The position numbers and the translations under genes are program-made. Positions 1 to 9,103 of a stretch of DNA of 64,000 nt are shown one piece after another (positions within the stretch are counted from its first letter, which is position 1; each line of letters starts with the position of its first letter). The notes under the pieces are model-generated. The model saw only the letters and a list, made by a program, of their open reading frames with translations. It was not told the DNA's origin and searched no databases. The stretch comes from Candidatus Poribacteria bacterium. Its GTDB lineage: Bacteria; Poribacteria; WGA-4E; WGA-3G. The stretch is taken from the NCBI GenBank assembly GCA_965214095.1, contig OZ243938.1, positions 224,001 through 288,000 of the forward strand. The letters are read 5' to 3'.

Positions 1-338
1 TCTTTAGAAAAAACAAATGTTCCATGTATTTCTGGGAATAAGGAAATTTCATCGCATGTATCTACATCGTATATCCACACACCGGTTGTACTGCTTACCG
101 CGAGTTGATTGCCATCAGGAGAGAACTGAATTCCTCTAAGTCCACCTTTTCCCAAGCGCATTTTCGCCTCATTCGGCAGTTCCCATTGTGGGTAATTTTC
201 AATTGATCCTTCTTCAGGATTTCCTTCAACGGTAGGTGGTGCACAATTGGGTTGTTGTTCAGTCATTGGTTTCTTGTTCCATGTGTTTTCACTTCCAAAT
301 TCTTTCAGTACATCCGACTTCAACTCAAAAGATGTCAT
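1..338 (-). CDS. WD40-repeat protein, N-terminal part (runs off the window edge)
   Basis: Manual translation from ATG 338 (GGAGG SD at 346-350): MTSFELK...YPQWELPNEAKMRLGKGGLRGIQFSPDGNQLAVSSTTGVWIYD, a WD40 beta-propeller start. Not in the ORF track because it is truncated. Confidence 0.8.
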   Translation of the reverse strand, partial: MTSFELKSDVLKEFGSENTWNKKPMTEQQPNCAPPTVEGNPEEGSIENYPQWELPNEAKMRLGKGGLRGIQFSPDGNQLAVSSTTGVWIYDVDTCDEISLFPEIHGTFVFSK

Positions 339-406
339 GATAGGTCCTCCAAAATATCTATTTGCATCTATCAATCTAAATAACCTAAGTTGCTACATAT
401 TGAATT

Positions 407-546
407 TTATAGTAAAAACCATAATTATTTACACACTGCGGTAGGTTCGGTTTCCTAACCGAACCGGTGTTTGTTCAGTCTCATAGATGCGGTTAGGAAA
501 CCGCATCTACCGCGGAGTGTGCACGTGTTTTTACATTTCACTATAA
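407..546. mobile_element. REPIN/MITE-like element: inverted pair of GTAG-REP hairpins within short terminal inverted repeats
   Basis: GTAGGTTCGGTTTCCTAACCGAACC (441-465) and inverted AGATGCGGTTAGGAAACCGCATCTAC (485-510). Outer IR TTATAGTAAAA (407-417) / TTTCACTATAA (536-546). Confidence 0.7.
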
Positions 547-654
547 TCATCAAATTACTTTATCAAACGAGGAAACAAAGGAATTCTGCATATTTTGGTG
601 GCACTCCTTATAAATCGGGGTTACAAACCTCTCCAACAAATGATAAGTGGCAAC

Positions 655-2112
655 TTAGGTTAAATAATCCATTTCGGGTAACAAATTCCACCTGTATTGG
701 TCAGGTGGATGCGTGTTGCGTGTCCAATTACCAAGTATTCGTGTATCCTCACGTTTTGCTTGCATCTGTAGGGCAATTTTTTCTGGGTCCCAGCCATCCA
801 ATACCTTTTCTGTCAATTCTGACAAAATGTCCTGACAATCTGGATCATCTGCTCTATCGTGCAATTCATTCGGGTCATCGTATATATTATAGAGTTGCGA
901 AGGTTGCAAATGATAGTAATTTAATTTCCAATCTCCGTTGCGAATCATCCTGTGGTAACACCCGTCGTCAGTGCAAAATTCAGAGAATGCGATATCTTCC
1001 CAATGTGTGTCTTTTCCATTGAACAAAGGTAGGACACTTCTGCCGCGAGTATTTGGCAACGGTGGTGCATCAAGTGCATCAAGCATCGTTGCATTTAAAT
1101 CGAGCGCACTTATCACTCTGGCACAACGGACACCTTCTGGTAGGTTTCCACGCCATGATAGAATTGCTGGTACTTTTACTGAATGTTCATAGAAAGTCTG
1201 TTTCCACCAGAGTCCATGTTCTCCTACCTGCTCACCGTGATCTGAAGAATAGAGTATAATTGTGTTTTGATCTAACCCATTTTCTTGAAGTGCGGTTAGG
1301 ATTTGTCCAATCATGATGTCCATACGCGTAACTAATGCCCAATATGCTGTACGTGCCCGTATAATCTCTTCATCTGATACTTCTTTGATTCCACACTTTT
1401 CACGCCACCATTGGAAATATGGATGTAATTTTTCAGAATAAGGTTCAGGATTTGCAGGCATCGTCATTCGTCCATCATATATTTTATAATCTTCCTGCCT
1501 TGCTACAAAGGGTTGATGGGGTAACATAAATCCGACAGAGATTGAGAATGGTTCGTCAAGCAGTCCTGCTCTATTCTGAACTCCAAGTCGATTGAGATAA
1601 TCTACTGTGGCAGCGGTTACATCTTCGTCATGCACCTGATATGCGCTTTGTCCTGCCCCAGATTTCTGTAGACTCACTCGCGCTGGTCCTGCTGTTCCTG
1701 ACAGTTCGCCATGGTCAATACCACGACCTCCTGGATGATTCGGTCCGTGGTCTCCTACAAGTCTGTCTGAATAGCCATGCAGTTGATCAGGTCCCAAAGC
1801 ATGCATTCGTCCGATAAGAACAGGTTTATATCCTGCTGCTCCCATTGCGTGTGCGAAGGTTGGAATCCCAGAGTTTAGTATGTGGCTGTTCGTCCAAACT
1901 TCGTTTTCATAAGGAAACCGTCCGCTCAACATAGACATACGGGATGGCACGCAGATTGGTGACGGACAGTAGACATTTTCAAATGTTATCCCTTCTGATG
2001 CGAGTCTGTCTAAGTTTGGCGTTTGCACCAATTTGTCACCGTAGCATCCTGTGACATAGGGATTGTGTTGGTCTGAATGGATGTAGAGTAAATTTGGTTG
2101 TGGTTTTTGCAT
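655..2112 (-). CDS. Formylglycine-dependent sulfatase (choline-sulfatase-like)
   Basis: PNLLYIHSDQH, CVPSRMSMLSG (CxPxR), SSDHGE, WWKQTFYE. Likely start MQKPQPN at 2112; the ORF track extends to 2160. Confidence 0.9.
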   Translation of the reverse strand: MQKPQPNLLYIHSDQHNPYVTGCYGDKLVQTPNLDRLASEGITFENVYCPSPICVPSRMSMLSGRFPYENEVWTNSHILNSGIPTFAHAMGAAGYKPVLIGRMHALGPDQLHGYSDRLVGDHGPNHPGGRGIDHGELSGTAGPARVSLQKSGAGQSAYQVHDEDVTAATVDYLNRLGVQNRAGLLDEPFSISVGFMLPHQPFVARQEDYKIYDGRMTMPANPEPYSEKLHPYFQWWREKCGIKEVSDEEIIRARTAYWALVTRMDIMIGQILTALQENGLDQNTIILYSSDHGEQVGEHGLWWKQTFYEHSVKVPAILSWRGNLPEGVRCARVISALDLNATMLDALDAPPLPNTRGRSVLPLFNGKDTHWEDIAFSEFCTDDGCYHRMIRNGDWKLNYYHLQPSQLYNIYDDPNELHDRADDPDCQDILSELTEKVLDGWDPEKIALQMQAKREDTRILGNWTRNTHPPDQYRWNLLPEMDYLT

Positions 2113-2220
2113 TAAATTCTGTTCCTTTATGTTTTTGCTATGTTTCATTATATTTGACAAGTGTTTGGTGTCAAGGAAAATATAATGATTGACTTCTTTC
2201 TGAATCTCGAATTCTTGTCT

Positions 2221-2317
2221 GAGCCAGGATTTGCAGGATTAGTAGATTTCAGGATAAGAGGTTGATGTTTCAAGGTGGTATTTGAAAGATAGACGGCACG
2301 CGGAGCGTGCCTACTAC
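2221..2317. repeat. Short CAGGAT(T) tandem plus a GTAG-type REP hairpin
   Basis: CAGGAT at 2225, 2234 and 2250. GGCACGCGGAGCGTGCC-TACTAC (2295-2317) reads GTAGTAGGCACGCTCCGCGTGCC on the minus strand. Confidence 0.5.
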
Positions 2318-2502
2318 CATGAATGTAAGAAGTGGAATGAGTTGCACGATTACAAGAGCGTTTTACGTGAATGTAAAGTGTATTGTTAATCTCAAAGTTC
2401 ACTATAGATGTGATATTTTGTGGACATCATAAACTGACTATGATACTATATCTCAACACTAATAGAATTTCAATCTTCATGAGAACATAGGGAGACGAAG
2501 AC

Positions 2503-3318
2503 GTGAATTTTGTTCAGTTGACAGATGCACAACGAAATGAATTTGAAGAAAACGGGTTTTTTATTGTCCGTTCAGTGCTTGACGAAGATATGGTTGCACG
2601 TCTGACTGAAGCGGCTGATCGTATCGTTAAAGAACGAGAGACAGATGCACAATATGTACATATACGTGATGGGTTGGTTCAAGAACCTGCATTCGCAGAA
2701 TTGACATCACAGACTCATGCGATTCCATTAGTCATTCAACTACTGGGTACTAATCTCCACATTACCAATACTGCCCTTCTCTACAAACGTCCGCAGCCAC
2801 GCGAACTACCAGAGAATCGTGGATGGCACCGCGATGTCGGTTTACATTTAGATCTTGGACACAGAGATTGTCCACGGGTTGGTTTGAAAGTGGCATATTG
2901 TCTAACGGATTGTAATGTTCCAAATTCTGGTGCAACATTATTTATACCAAAGAGCCACGTATCTGGTGAACCTTTGGGTATTCCAGAAGGTAAACTTGAC
3001 CCTGTTGAACCTTATGCCGAACCATTACTCCGGGCAGGGGATGCGTATTTTTTTGAAAACCGAATTTACCATACCACTGGACTAAACTTCACGGATCAGA
3101 CAGCGAAAATAGTAATATACGGTTATCATTATTCTTGGATAAAGCCTGAAGGATATTTATTGTATTACAACGACAGACAACAACCAGACGAAGATGTATT
3201 GAATAAGGTTGATGACCTTGGTAAACAGTTTCTCGGTGGAGGTGGCGGGGCAGTTGCACAATGGGCAACGGAACATAATCTCACATTGGAACAAGCACCG
3301 CAGTCTATTACTATATGA
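2503..3318 (+). CDS. Phytanoyl-CoA dioxygenase (PhyH) family Fe(II)/2OG dioxygenase
   Basis: F..NGFFIV start, WHRD (HxD), GATLFIPKSH, GDAYFF...YH. SD GGGAG before GTG. Confidence 0.9.
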   Translation: MNFVQLTDAQRNEFEENGFFIVRSVLDEDMVARLTEAADRIVKERETDAQYVHIRDGLVQEPAFAELTSQTHAIPLVIQLLGTNLHITNTALLYKRPQPRELPENRGWHRDVGLHLDLGHRDCPRVGLKVAYCLTDCNVPNSGATLFIPKSHVSGEPLGIPEGKLDPVEPYAEPLLRAGDAYFFENRIYHTTGLNFTDQTAKIVIYGYHYSWIKPEGYLLYYNDRQQPDEDVLNKVDDLGKQFLGGGGGAVAQWATEHNLTLEQAPQSITI

Positions 3319-3355
3319 ACTAAGTAGCTACTTACTGAATCTGACATACTCCCTC

Positions 3356-3473
3356 ACCTAATGAAGTTTGACGTTCAGGGTATCCGTAGGGGCGATTTAG
3401 AAAGGTCCAGAGGGTTGAGAAACCCAACCCCTACGTTTACATTACCGAATTTGAATATCAAACTTCATAAGGT
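3356..3473. mobile_element. MITE-like element with 22-bp imperfect TIRs and an internal GTAG-REP
   Basis: ACCTAATGAAGTTTGACGTTCA (3356-3377) versus TGAATATCAAACTTCATAAGGT (3452-3473), 19/22 match. Inner CGTAGGGG...GGGTTGAGAAACCCAACCCCTACG. Confidence 0.65.
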
Positions 3474-3486
3474 ACCAACATAGATT

Positions 3487-3882
3487 TTATTCTTTCAGAT
3501 AACTTGTCTGAACAATAGTTTTCATCCCGCCGCGTATGTTAAAATCACCGACTATTTCTGCTGTTCTCGGTTGACATGCAGTCACAAAATCCTCAAGAAC
3601 TTTATTTACTAAATGTTCATGAAAGATACCTATATCTCTGAAGGATACGAAATACTCTTTCAATGATTTTAGTTCAATGCAGTACTTGTCTGGAACATAG
3701 GTAATAGTGATTGTTGCGAAGTCTGGTAATCCTGTTTTTGGACAGACAGTAGTAAATTCTAAATTGGTAATTTCAATGGTGTAATCTCTATCGCTATATT
3801 GGTTTTTCCATGTTTCAATTGTAGGTGTTTTTAGATCGCGTATATGTGATTGTAAATCGTCATAATCTGAATGTATGCTCAT
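3487..3882 (-). CDS. queF: NADPH-dependent 7-cyano-7-deazaguanine reductase (preQ1 synthase)
   Basis: EFTTVCPKTGLPDFA, ELKSLKEY, GIFHE, FNIRGG: type I QueF motifs. Confidence 0.95.
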   Translation of the reverse strand: MSIHSDYDDLQSHIRDLKTPTIETWKNQYSDRDYTIEITNLEFTTVCPKTGLPDFATITITYVPDKYCIELKSLKEYFVSFRDIGIFHEHLVNKVLEDFVTACQPRTAEIVGDFNIRGGMKTIVQTSYLKE

Positions 3883-4164
3883 TCGACCATCCTTAAGATG
3901 TTTGTGCTGTTTATATCTTGGCCTTTATAGTATCTCATATATTTAGAAGAATATCTCATTAATGATTGATACATTATACCGTATATCAGCAATTTGATGC
4001 AATGATGTTTGAAGATATGAGGTAAAGAACTTCTCACAATCGGGAGCATAAACCCCTTCACTCATGTGTGTATTTATCTGATTAATCTTGACAACCGACA
4101 TTCTAATTGCTATTGTATTCACATCTAACAATTATCCTTTTCATACAATTTTGAAGGTGTCTAT

Positions 4165-4983
4165 ATGAAATTAACCGAGAAACAGGTCAATTACTTTAAC
4201 ACATTTGGATTCCTTTTTATTTCAAACATGTTCTCATCAAGTGAAATTGAGTGGATAACAGAAGAGTTTGAAATTACAATCCAAGAATTTGGTGGTGGAA
4301 AGAACCATGATGGTTCACAACGTACGATGTTTGGTGGTCCTATAGAACATCGTCCTCGCCTCTGCACACTGCTTGATGATGAACGTATAAGGGGTTTGAT
4401 AGGCGGTGTCATCGGGGAAGATTTCAACTATGCAGGTGGAGATGGAAACTATTACGCAGGTGATACAGGGTGGCATCCTGATGGAAGTTGGGGCAGACTC
4501 TTCTCCATTAAAGTTGCTTTCTACCTTGATGAATTGACGCGAGATACTGGATGTTTACGCATTTTACCCGGTAGTCAGAATCCAGCACATTTTGTTAGGG
4601 CACAACAGATAGATCCAAATCAATCCGAAACCTTATTTGGAGTTCCACCTGAGGACTTCCCAACCAGTATTGCGTTGGAAAGTTCTCCAGGAGATGTGGT
4701 AATATTCAATCACGATACTTACCATGCATCTTTTGGTGGTGGGACACGACGACGGATGTTTACGATGAACTGTACACAACATTGCACATCGACAGAAGAT
4801 TTGGAAACTTTGAACCAATATTTGAGTGTCCATTCAGCAGGTGGATACAATATTGACACAGGTGCGGGTATGTTCTTTCCGACTATGATTGACACAGCAG
4901 ATGAGACACGTAGGAAACATCTACAACAATGTAGTGATATTCATGATGTGTTATTTCCTCAATATGCGCGTAAATCTAAATGA
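4165..4983 (+). CDS. Phytanoyl-CoA dioxygenase (PhyH) family protein
   Basis: LT..QVNYFNTFGFL, GWHPD, GCLRILPGS, PGDVVIFNHDTYHAS. Confidence 0.9.
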   Translation: MKLTEKQVNYFNTFGFLFISNMFSSSEIEWITEEFEITIQEFGGGKNHDGSQRTMFGGPIEHRPRLCTLLDDERIRGLIGGVIGEDFNYAGGDGNYYAGDTGWHPDGSWGRLFSIKVAFYLDELTRDTGCLRILPGSQNPAHFVRAQQIDPNQSETLFGVPPEDFPTSIALESSPGDVVIFNHDTYHASFGGGTRRRMFTMNCTQHCTSTEDLETLNQYLSVHSAGGYNIDTGAGMFFPTMIDTADETRRKHLQQCSDIHDVLFPQYARKSK

Positions 4984-5059
4984 TACATTTCTCTTGTCAT
5001 TTGATTGGATATATGTTATTTTAACATGTATTCCATCCAACACCAACAAGGACAATTCA

Positions 5060-7435
5060 TTGAAGTTTCGAACTACATTTCTCTGTTTCATTTTATTCTG
5101 TAGCATGATTTCCTTTAAAGCTACAGCGAATCCTCAAAAGGTGCATACCCAACTCCCAACGAACTCAGTAGCAATGAGCGATGATGCACTTTCCACATTT
5201 TTTAATCCCGCCGGCTTAGGAACCAGTCGCGCACTCAACTTATATTATCTAAGAACTTACCATAGTGATTATCCAGGTGATGATGCGTTCTTTGTATCTG
5301 CCCCGGGTGGTGGATTTGGTATGGAATTCGCAAACGCACCAAACGATATAGATTTCACACGTTATAGTCTCTCGGCAGGACGACATTTCGGTAGTTCCTT
5401 GTATTGGGGAACTTCTTATAGTTGGATAAACTCTGATGACACTGAGTATGATAAATTCAAATCGGTGTCTGTCGGTATGATGTATCGCCGCAGGTTTTTC
5501 TCAATCGGTGCGATTGGCAGGGATCTAAATCGTCCCAAAATAGAGAATCAGAAGATAGGCAGAACGTATGATGTAGGAATTGCACTACGGCCGGGAACAT
5601 GGCGAACAACGTTGTCTGTAGATATGCGAAAAGTACAGGATATTCCTGGATTAGACTTTAGCTATGGTGTGGAAATTCGTCCAATTCGGGAATTAATGTT
5701 TCGCGGAACATATAACAGTGATAATAGTTTTGATATTCGATTCGGCATTAATATCGGCAACTATGGTATTGGAAGTGCAAACTACTATGAAGAAAGTAGA
5801 AAATCAAATGCAGGAGTGGGGTACTTCCATTTTTCTACAGCCGCAATTACAAAATCCATAATGCGTAAACGTCATTTTGTCAGAATGAAATTGGCGGAAG
5901 TAGATAGCGTATTACGGATTGCGAAATGGGATAAAGATGTTGCTGGGGCACTCATAGAAATTTCCGGTAGCAACTACGGCATGGGTAGGTATCAGGAATT
6001 CCGTGATGCTATTTTGGATTTCAAGAAATCAGGTAAAGTTGTCATCTCCTATCTCACCGGTTGCACCTCTGGAGAATATATCGTTGCTTCAGCATGTGAT
6101 TCTATTCTCATGCATCCGAGTACTGATTTGCGATTAATTGGAATACGCAGCGAACCCATGTTCTATAAAGGTTTGTTGGATAAGATTGGAATCAGGGCGC
6201 TTCTTGAGAATATTGGTGAGTATAAATCTGCAACAGAAGCATTTACACGAAGTAAAATGTCAGAACCGTATCTCGAAAACATGAATGCTATCCTTGATGA
6301 TCTGTATGATCAATTGACGAATGAAATTGCATCGGCGCGTGGTTGGACACAAGATTTCGTGAAACAGTTGATAGACAATGGTCCATATACTGCGAATGAA
6401 GCCATCAGAAATAACCTTGTTGATGAAATCACATATTCAGACGGTTTGCATCATAGAGCAGAAAAACTATCTGGTACAGATGTTAATTTTGTGGATGTCA
6501 ATGATTATATTAGAAGTGGTTTATTTCCACAGGAATGGTCTGTACCAAAACCCAAAATCGCGGTCATTGAAGCAGAAGGTATGATGATGACAGGAGAAAG
6601 TTTTACAGACCCATTCACAGGTACAAAAGTGATGGGTGCTGATACGATTGTTCGTGCAGTCAACTATACACGTTATGATGATTCAATCAAAGCCGTGGTC
6701 TTAAGGGTTGATACTGGTGGCGGACTGGTCATTGCTGCAGATGTTATTTGGAATGAACTTGTGGAACTCACTGTAAAGAAACCGCTTATCATTTCTATGG
6801 GGGACATTGCTGCATCTGGTGGATATTATATAGCTGCCCCCGCGGATGTAATTGTTGCTGAACCTGGGACAATAACAGGTTCTATAGGCGTTATTGGTGG
6901 GAAGTATAGTTATAAAGGACTATTTGAAAAACTTGGCATACACAGAGAGATATTAAAACGAGGAAAAAATGCAGATTTTTATAGTAATTTTTCAGATTAC
7001 CCACCAGAAGAACAAGCGATCATAAAAAAACAAATTAAAGAGATATACAATGATTTTGTAGCTAAAGTAACTCGCGGTAGAAGACTCTTAAACAGAACTG
7101 AGGTGGAAAAGGTCGCACAAGGACTTATTTGGACTGGAAAGCAAGCGAAAAAGAACGGGTTGGTTGACGAACTGGGTGGACTCAGTAAAGCACTATCTAT
7201 CGCGCAAATAAGAGCAGGACTGGAGAATAGACATGTTGAGATTGTCCGATTACCAAGACCATCAGCATTAATTCAATTATTGGGAAACATCCAGATGATG
7301 TCTACAAATAGAACATCACAAATACATAATATCCTTCAATCCACTGGGCAAAACGATAGTTTAAATCTGATTGATATATTGAGAAAACATCGGATTTTTC
7401 TGTTAGCACCCTTTGATATAAATGTTGGTATGTGA
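5060..7435 (+). CDS. sppA: Signal peptide peptidase SppA (S49) with an N-terminal beta-barrel-like domain
   Basis: GEYKSATE (Lys), RVDTGGG, SMGDIAASGGYY (Ser), TITGSIGV. The N-terminal ~260 aa has DDALSTFFNPAGL and alternating aromatic strands. Likely start TTG 5060 after AAGGA; the ORF track starts at 4889, overlapping the upstream gene. Confidence 0.85.
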   Translation: MKFRTTFLCFILFCSMISFKATANPQKVHTQLPTNSVAMSDDALSTFFNPAGLGTSRALNLYYLRTYHSDYPGDDAFFVSAPGGGFGMEFANAPNDIDFTRYSLSAGRHFGSSLYWGTSYSWINSDDTEYDKFKSVSVGMMYRRRFFSIGAIGRDLNRPKIENQKIGRTYDVGIALRPGTWRTTLSVDMRKVQDIPGLDFSYGVEIRPIRELMFRGTYNSDNSFDIRFGINIGNYGIGSANYYEESRKSNAGVGYFHFSTAAITKSIMRKRHFVRMKLAEVDSVLRIAKWDKDVAGALIEISGSNYGMGRYQEFRDAILDFKKSGKVVISYLTGCTSGEYIVASACDSILMHPSTDLRLIGIRSEPMFYKGLLDKIGIRALLENIGEYKSATEAFTRSKMSEPYLENMNAILDDLYDQLTNEIASARGWTQDFVKQLIDNGPYTANEAIRNNLVDEITYSDGLHHRAEKLSGTDVNFVDVNDYIRSGLFPQEWSVPKPKIAVIEAEGMMMTGESFTDPFTGTKVMGADTIVRAVNYTRYDDSIKAVVLRVDTGGGLVIAADVIWNELVELTVKKPLIISMGDIAASGGYYIAAPADVIVAEPGTITGSIGVIGGKYSYKGLFEKLGIHREILKRGKNADFYSNFSDYPPEEQAIIKKQIKEIYNDFVAKVTRGRRLLNRTEVEKVAQGLIWTGKQAKKNGLVDELGGLSKALSIAQIRAGLENRHVEIVRLPRPSALIQLLGNIQMMSTNRTSQIHNILQSTGQNDSLNLIDILRKHRIFLLAPFDINVGM

Positions 7436-7458
7436 GCATAATCTTAGGTTTAAAATGA

Positions 7459-8121
7459 ATGTGGAATTCAAGGCAGCTTATGATGTCACCTTCTGATGCA
7501 TTTGTTAGAGCACGTCAGAATATGGTTAGAAGACAGATTAAAGGACGTGGTGTTCGTGATCGGAATATTCTCGCTGCGATGGAAAAAATTGAGAGACATC
7601 GGTTTGTTTCATCAGAATATCATAAATCAGCATATCAAGATAGACCACTTTCAATAGAGTATGGACAAACGATTTCACAACCCTATATTGTGGCATTGAT
7701 GACAGAATTGCTTAAATTGAATAGCGGATCTAAAGTGCTTGAAATTGGAACAGGTTGTGGCTACCAAACCGCTGTTTTAGCAGAAGTTGCCAATGAAGTT
7801 TATTCGGTTGAAATCCTACCTGAACTTGCAAAAATTGCGAAGAAAAGATTAGCTGCACTCAACTATCATAACATAAAACTAAAACAGGGTAACGGTCATT
7901 TTGGATGGATTGAACAGGCACCCTATGATGGCGTGCTGGTGTCTGCAGCACCAGATCGGATACCTTTTCGTCTAACACAGCAGCTTGATGAAGGTGGACG
8001 AATGGTTATTCCAGTTGGTTCCAATATACAAGAACTCTTATTAATCAAGAAGGTTTCTGGTAAAGTAGAAACGACATCTATCACAGGAGTTAGTTTTGTT
8101 CCAATGACTGGTGCCACGTAG
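7459..8121 (+). CDS. pcm: Protein-L-isoaspartate O-methyltransferase
   Basis: GQTISQPYIVA, VLEIGTGCGYQTAVLA, APYD, GGRMVIPVG, FVPM. Confidence 0.95.
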   Translation: MWNSRQLMMSPSDAFVRARQNMVRRQIKGRGVRDRNILAAMEKIERHRFVSSEYHKSAYQDRPLSIEYGQTISQPYIVALMTELLKLNSGSKVLEIGTGCGYQTAVLAEVANEVYSVEILPELAKIAKKRLAALNYHNIKLKQGNGHFGWIEQAPYDGVLVSAAPDRIPFRLTQQLDEGGRMVIPVGSNIQELLLIKKVSGKVETTSITGVSFVPMTGAT

Positions 8122-8129
8122 GAGAAATA

Positions 8130-9086
8130 ATGTTAAGTATAAAATTGAAAAGTTGCTTTTTCCTGTTAATAATAGCGATATCCACAACATCTGCCAATGC
8201 AGCATTTAATGACATTGGTGTGGGGGCGCGTCCCCTCGGTCTTGGTGGTGCATTTGTTGCCCTCGCGGATGATAGCAATGCTGCAAACTATAATGCAGCA
8301 GGATTGGCTTATATTGACGAGAGTCAGATTGGGGTAACATACTCTCAGCGATTTAGCGGATTGATTAACTACATTGGGATTAGTGGAATTGTTCCCATCG
8401 GAGCCATCGGTACACTTGGTGCAAATATAGGTATCCTATCTGAAAGCTCAGACATATATAAAGAACAATCCATACGGATAACGTATGCACGCAAACTATT
8501 TCAGCAATTGGGATTGGGGTTAAACATTAAGCACTACAGTACCAATTATGATTCAGAAAACGAGTTCGTTGCTTCAAACCCATATTTCACTGAGACATCA
8601 AGCTCGGCAGTGTCACTCGATGTAGGTCTATTAGCAAAACCGGTGAAGAGCCTAAATCTCGGTTTATCATTAGAGAATTTGGTGCCTGCGGATGTCAGTA
8701 TTTCTGAAGAAGAAACGGATACGGTCCCAATGAGTATCAGAACAGGTATTGCTTACAAACTGGAATCTATCGCTGAGATGAGTGTGCAGGGTGCTGCTAT
8801 TACAAATATATTACGAGAAACCCTAGCAACAGTGGATATACTTTCTCGCAATGGTGAACTCTACACACGAATTGGTGTAGAAATGTGGGTGAATCCATCC
8901 ATTGGTGTGCGAGGTGGGTACAGTATAAAAATTAGTGGGAATTCAGCAAACACACTCAACCTTGGTGGCAGTGCCAAGATACCGATAGGTGGTACAGCAC
9001 TGCAGCTTGATTACGGTTTTCAGCTGCTGACAGGAGACCTACAGGACAACACAACACAACGATTCTCAGTTAATCTTTTGTTCTAA
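8130..9086 (+). CDS. PorV/UPF0164-like outer-membrane beta-barrel protein
   Basis: Signal peptide; GVGARPLGLGGAFVALADD...YNAAGLA signature; C-terminal Phe strand (RFSVNLLF). Confidence 0.75.
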   Translation: MLSIKLKSCFFLLIIAISTTSANAAFNDIGVGARPLGLGGAFVALADDSNAANYNAAGLAYIDESQIGVTYSQRFSGLINYIGISGIVPIGAIGTLGANIGILSESSDIYKEQSIRITYARKLFQQLGLGLNIKHYSTNYDSENEFVASNPYFTETSSSAVSLDVGLLAKPVKSLNLGLSLENLVPADVSISEEETDTVPMSIRTGIAYKLESIAEMSVQGAAITNILRETLATVDILSRNGELYTRIGVEMWVNPSIGVRGGYSIKISGNSANTLNLGGSAKIPIGGTALQLDYGFQLLTGDLQDNTTQRFSVNLLF

Positions 9087-9103
9087 AGAAAGGAATATAT
9101 ACC

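Noticed and set aside
247-1259. ORFs 247-444, 471-1022, 2148-2402, 50988-51218, 55663-55992, 55880-56206 and the many short antisense/overlapping ORFs in the track
   Set aside because: They are shadows of real genes or run through repeats and pseudogene DNA, with no SD or protein motifs.
3883-4130. preQ1 riboswitch upstream of queF; short ORFs 3879-4061 and 3943-4131
   Set aside because: No preQ1 consensus is recognisable. The region looks like promoter DNA (TTGCAT-N18-TATAAT on the minus strand) and the ORFs have no motifs.
4889-5059. N-terminal extensions of track ORFs (sppA 4889, also 26266, 31810, 54782, 56129)
   Set aside because: They overlap neighbouring genes or promoters. Downstream starts have better SD sequences and match signal peptides or paralogue starts.
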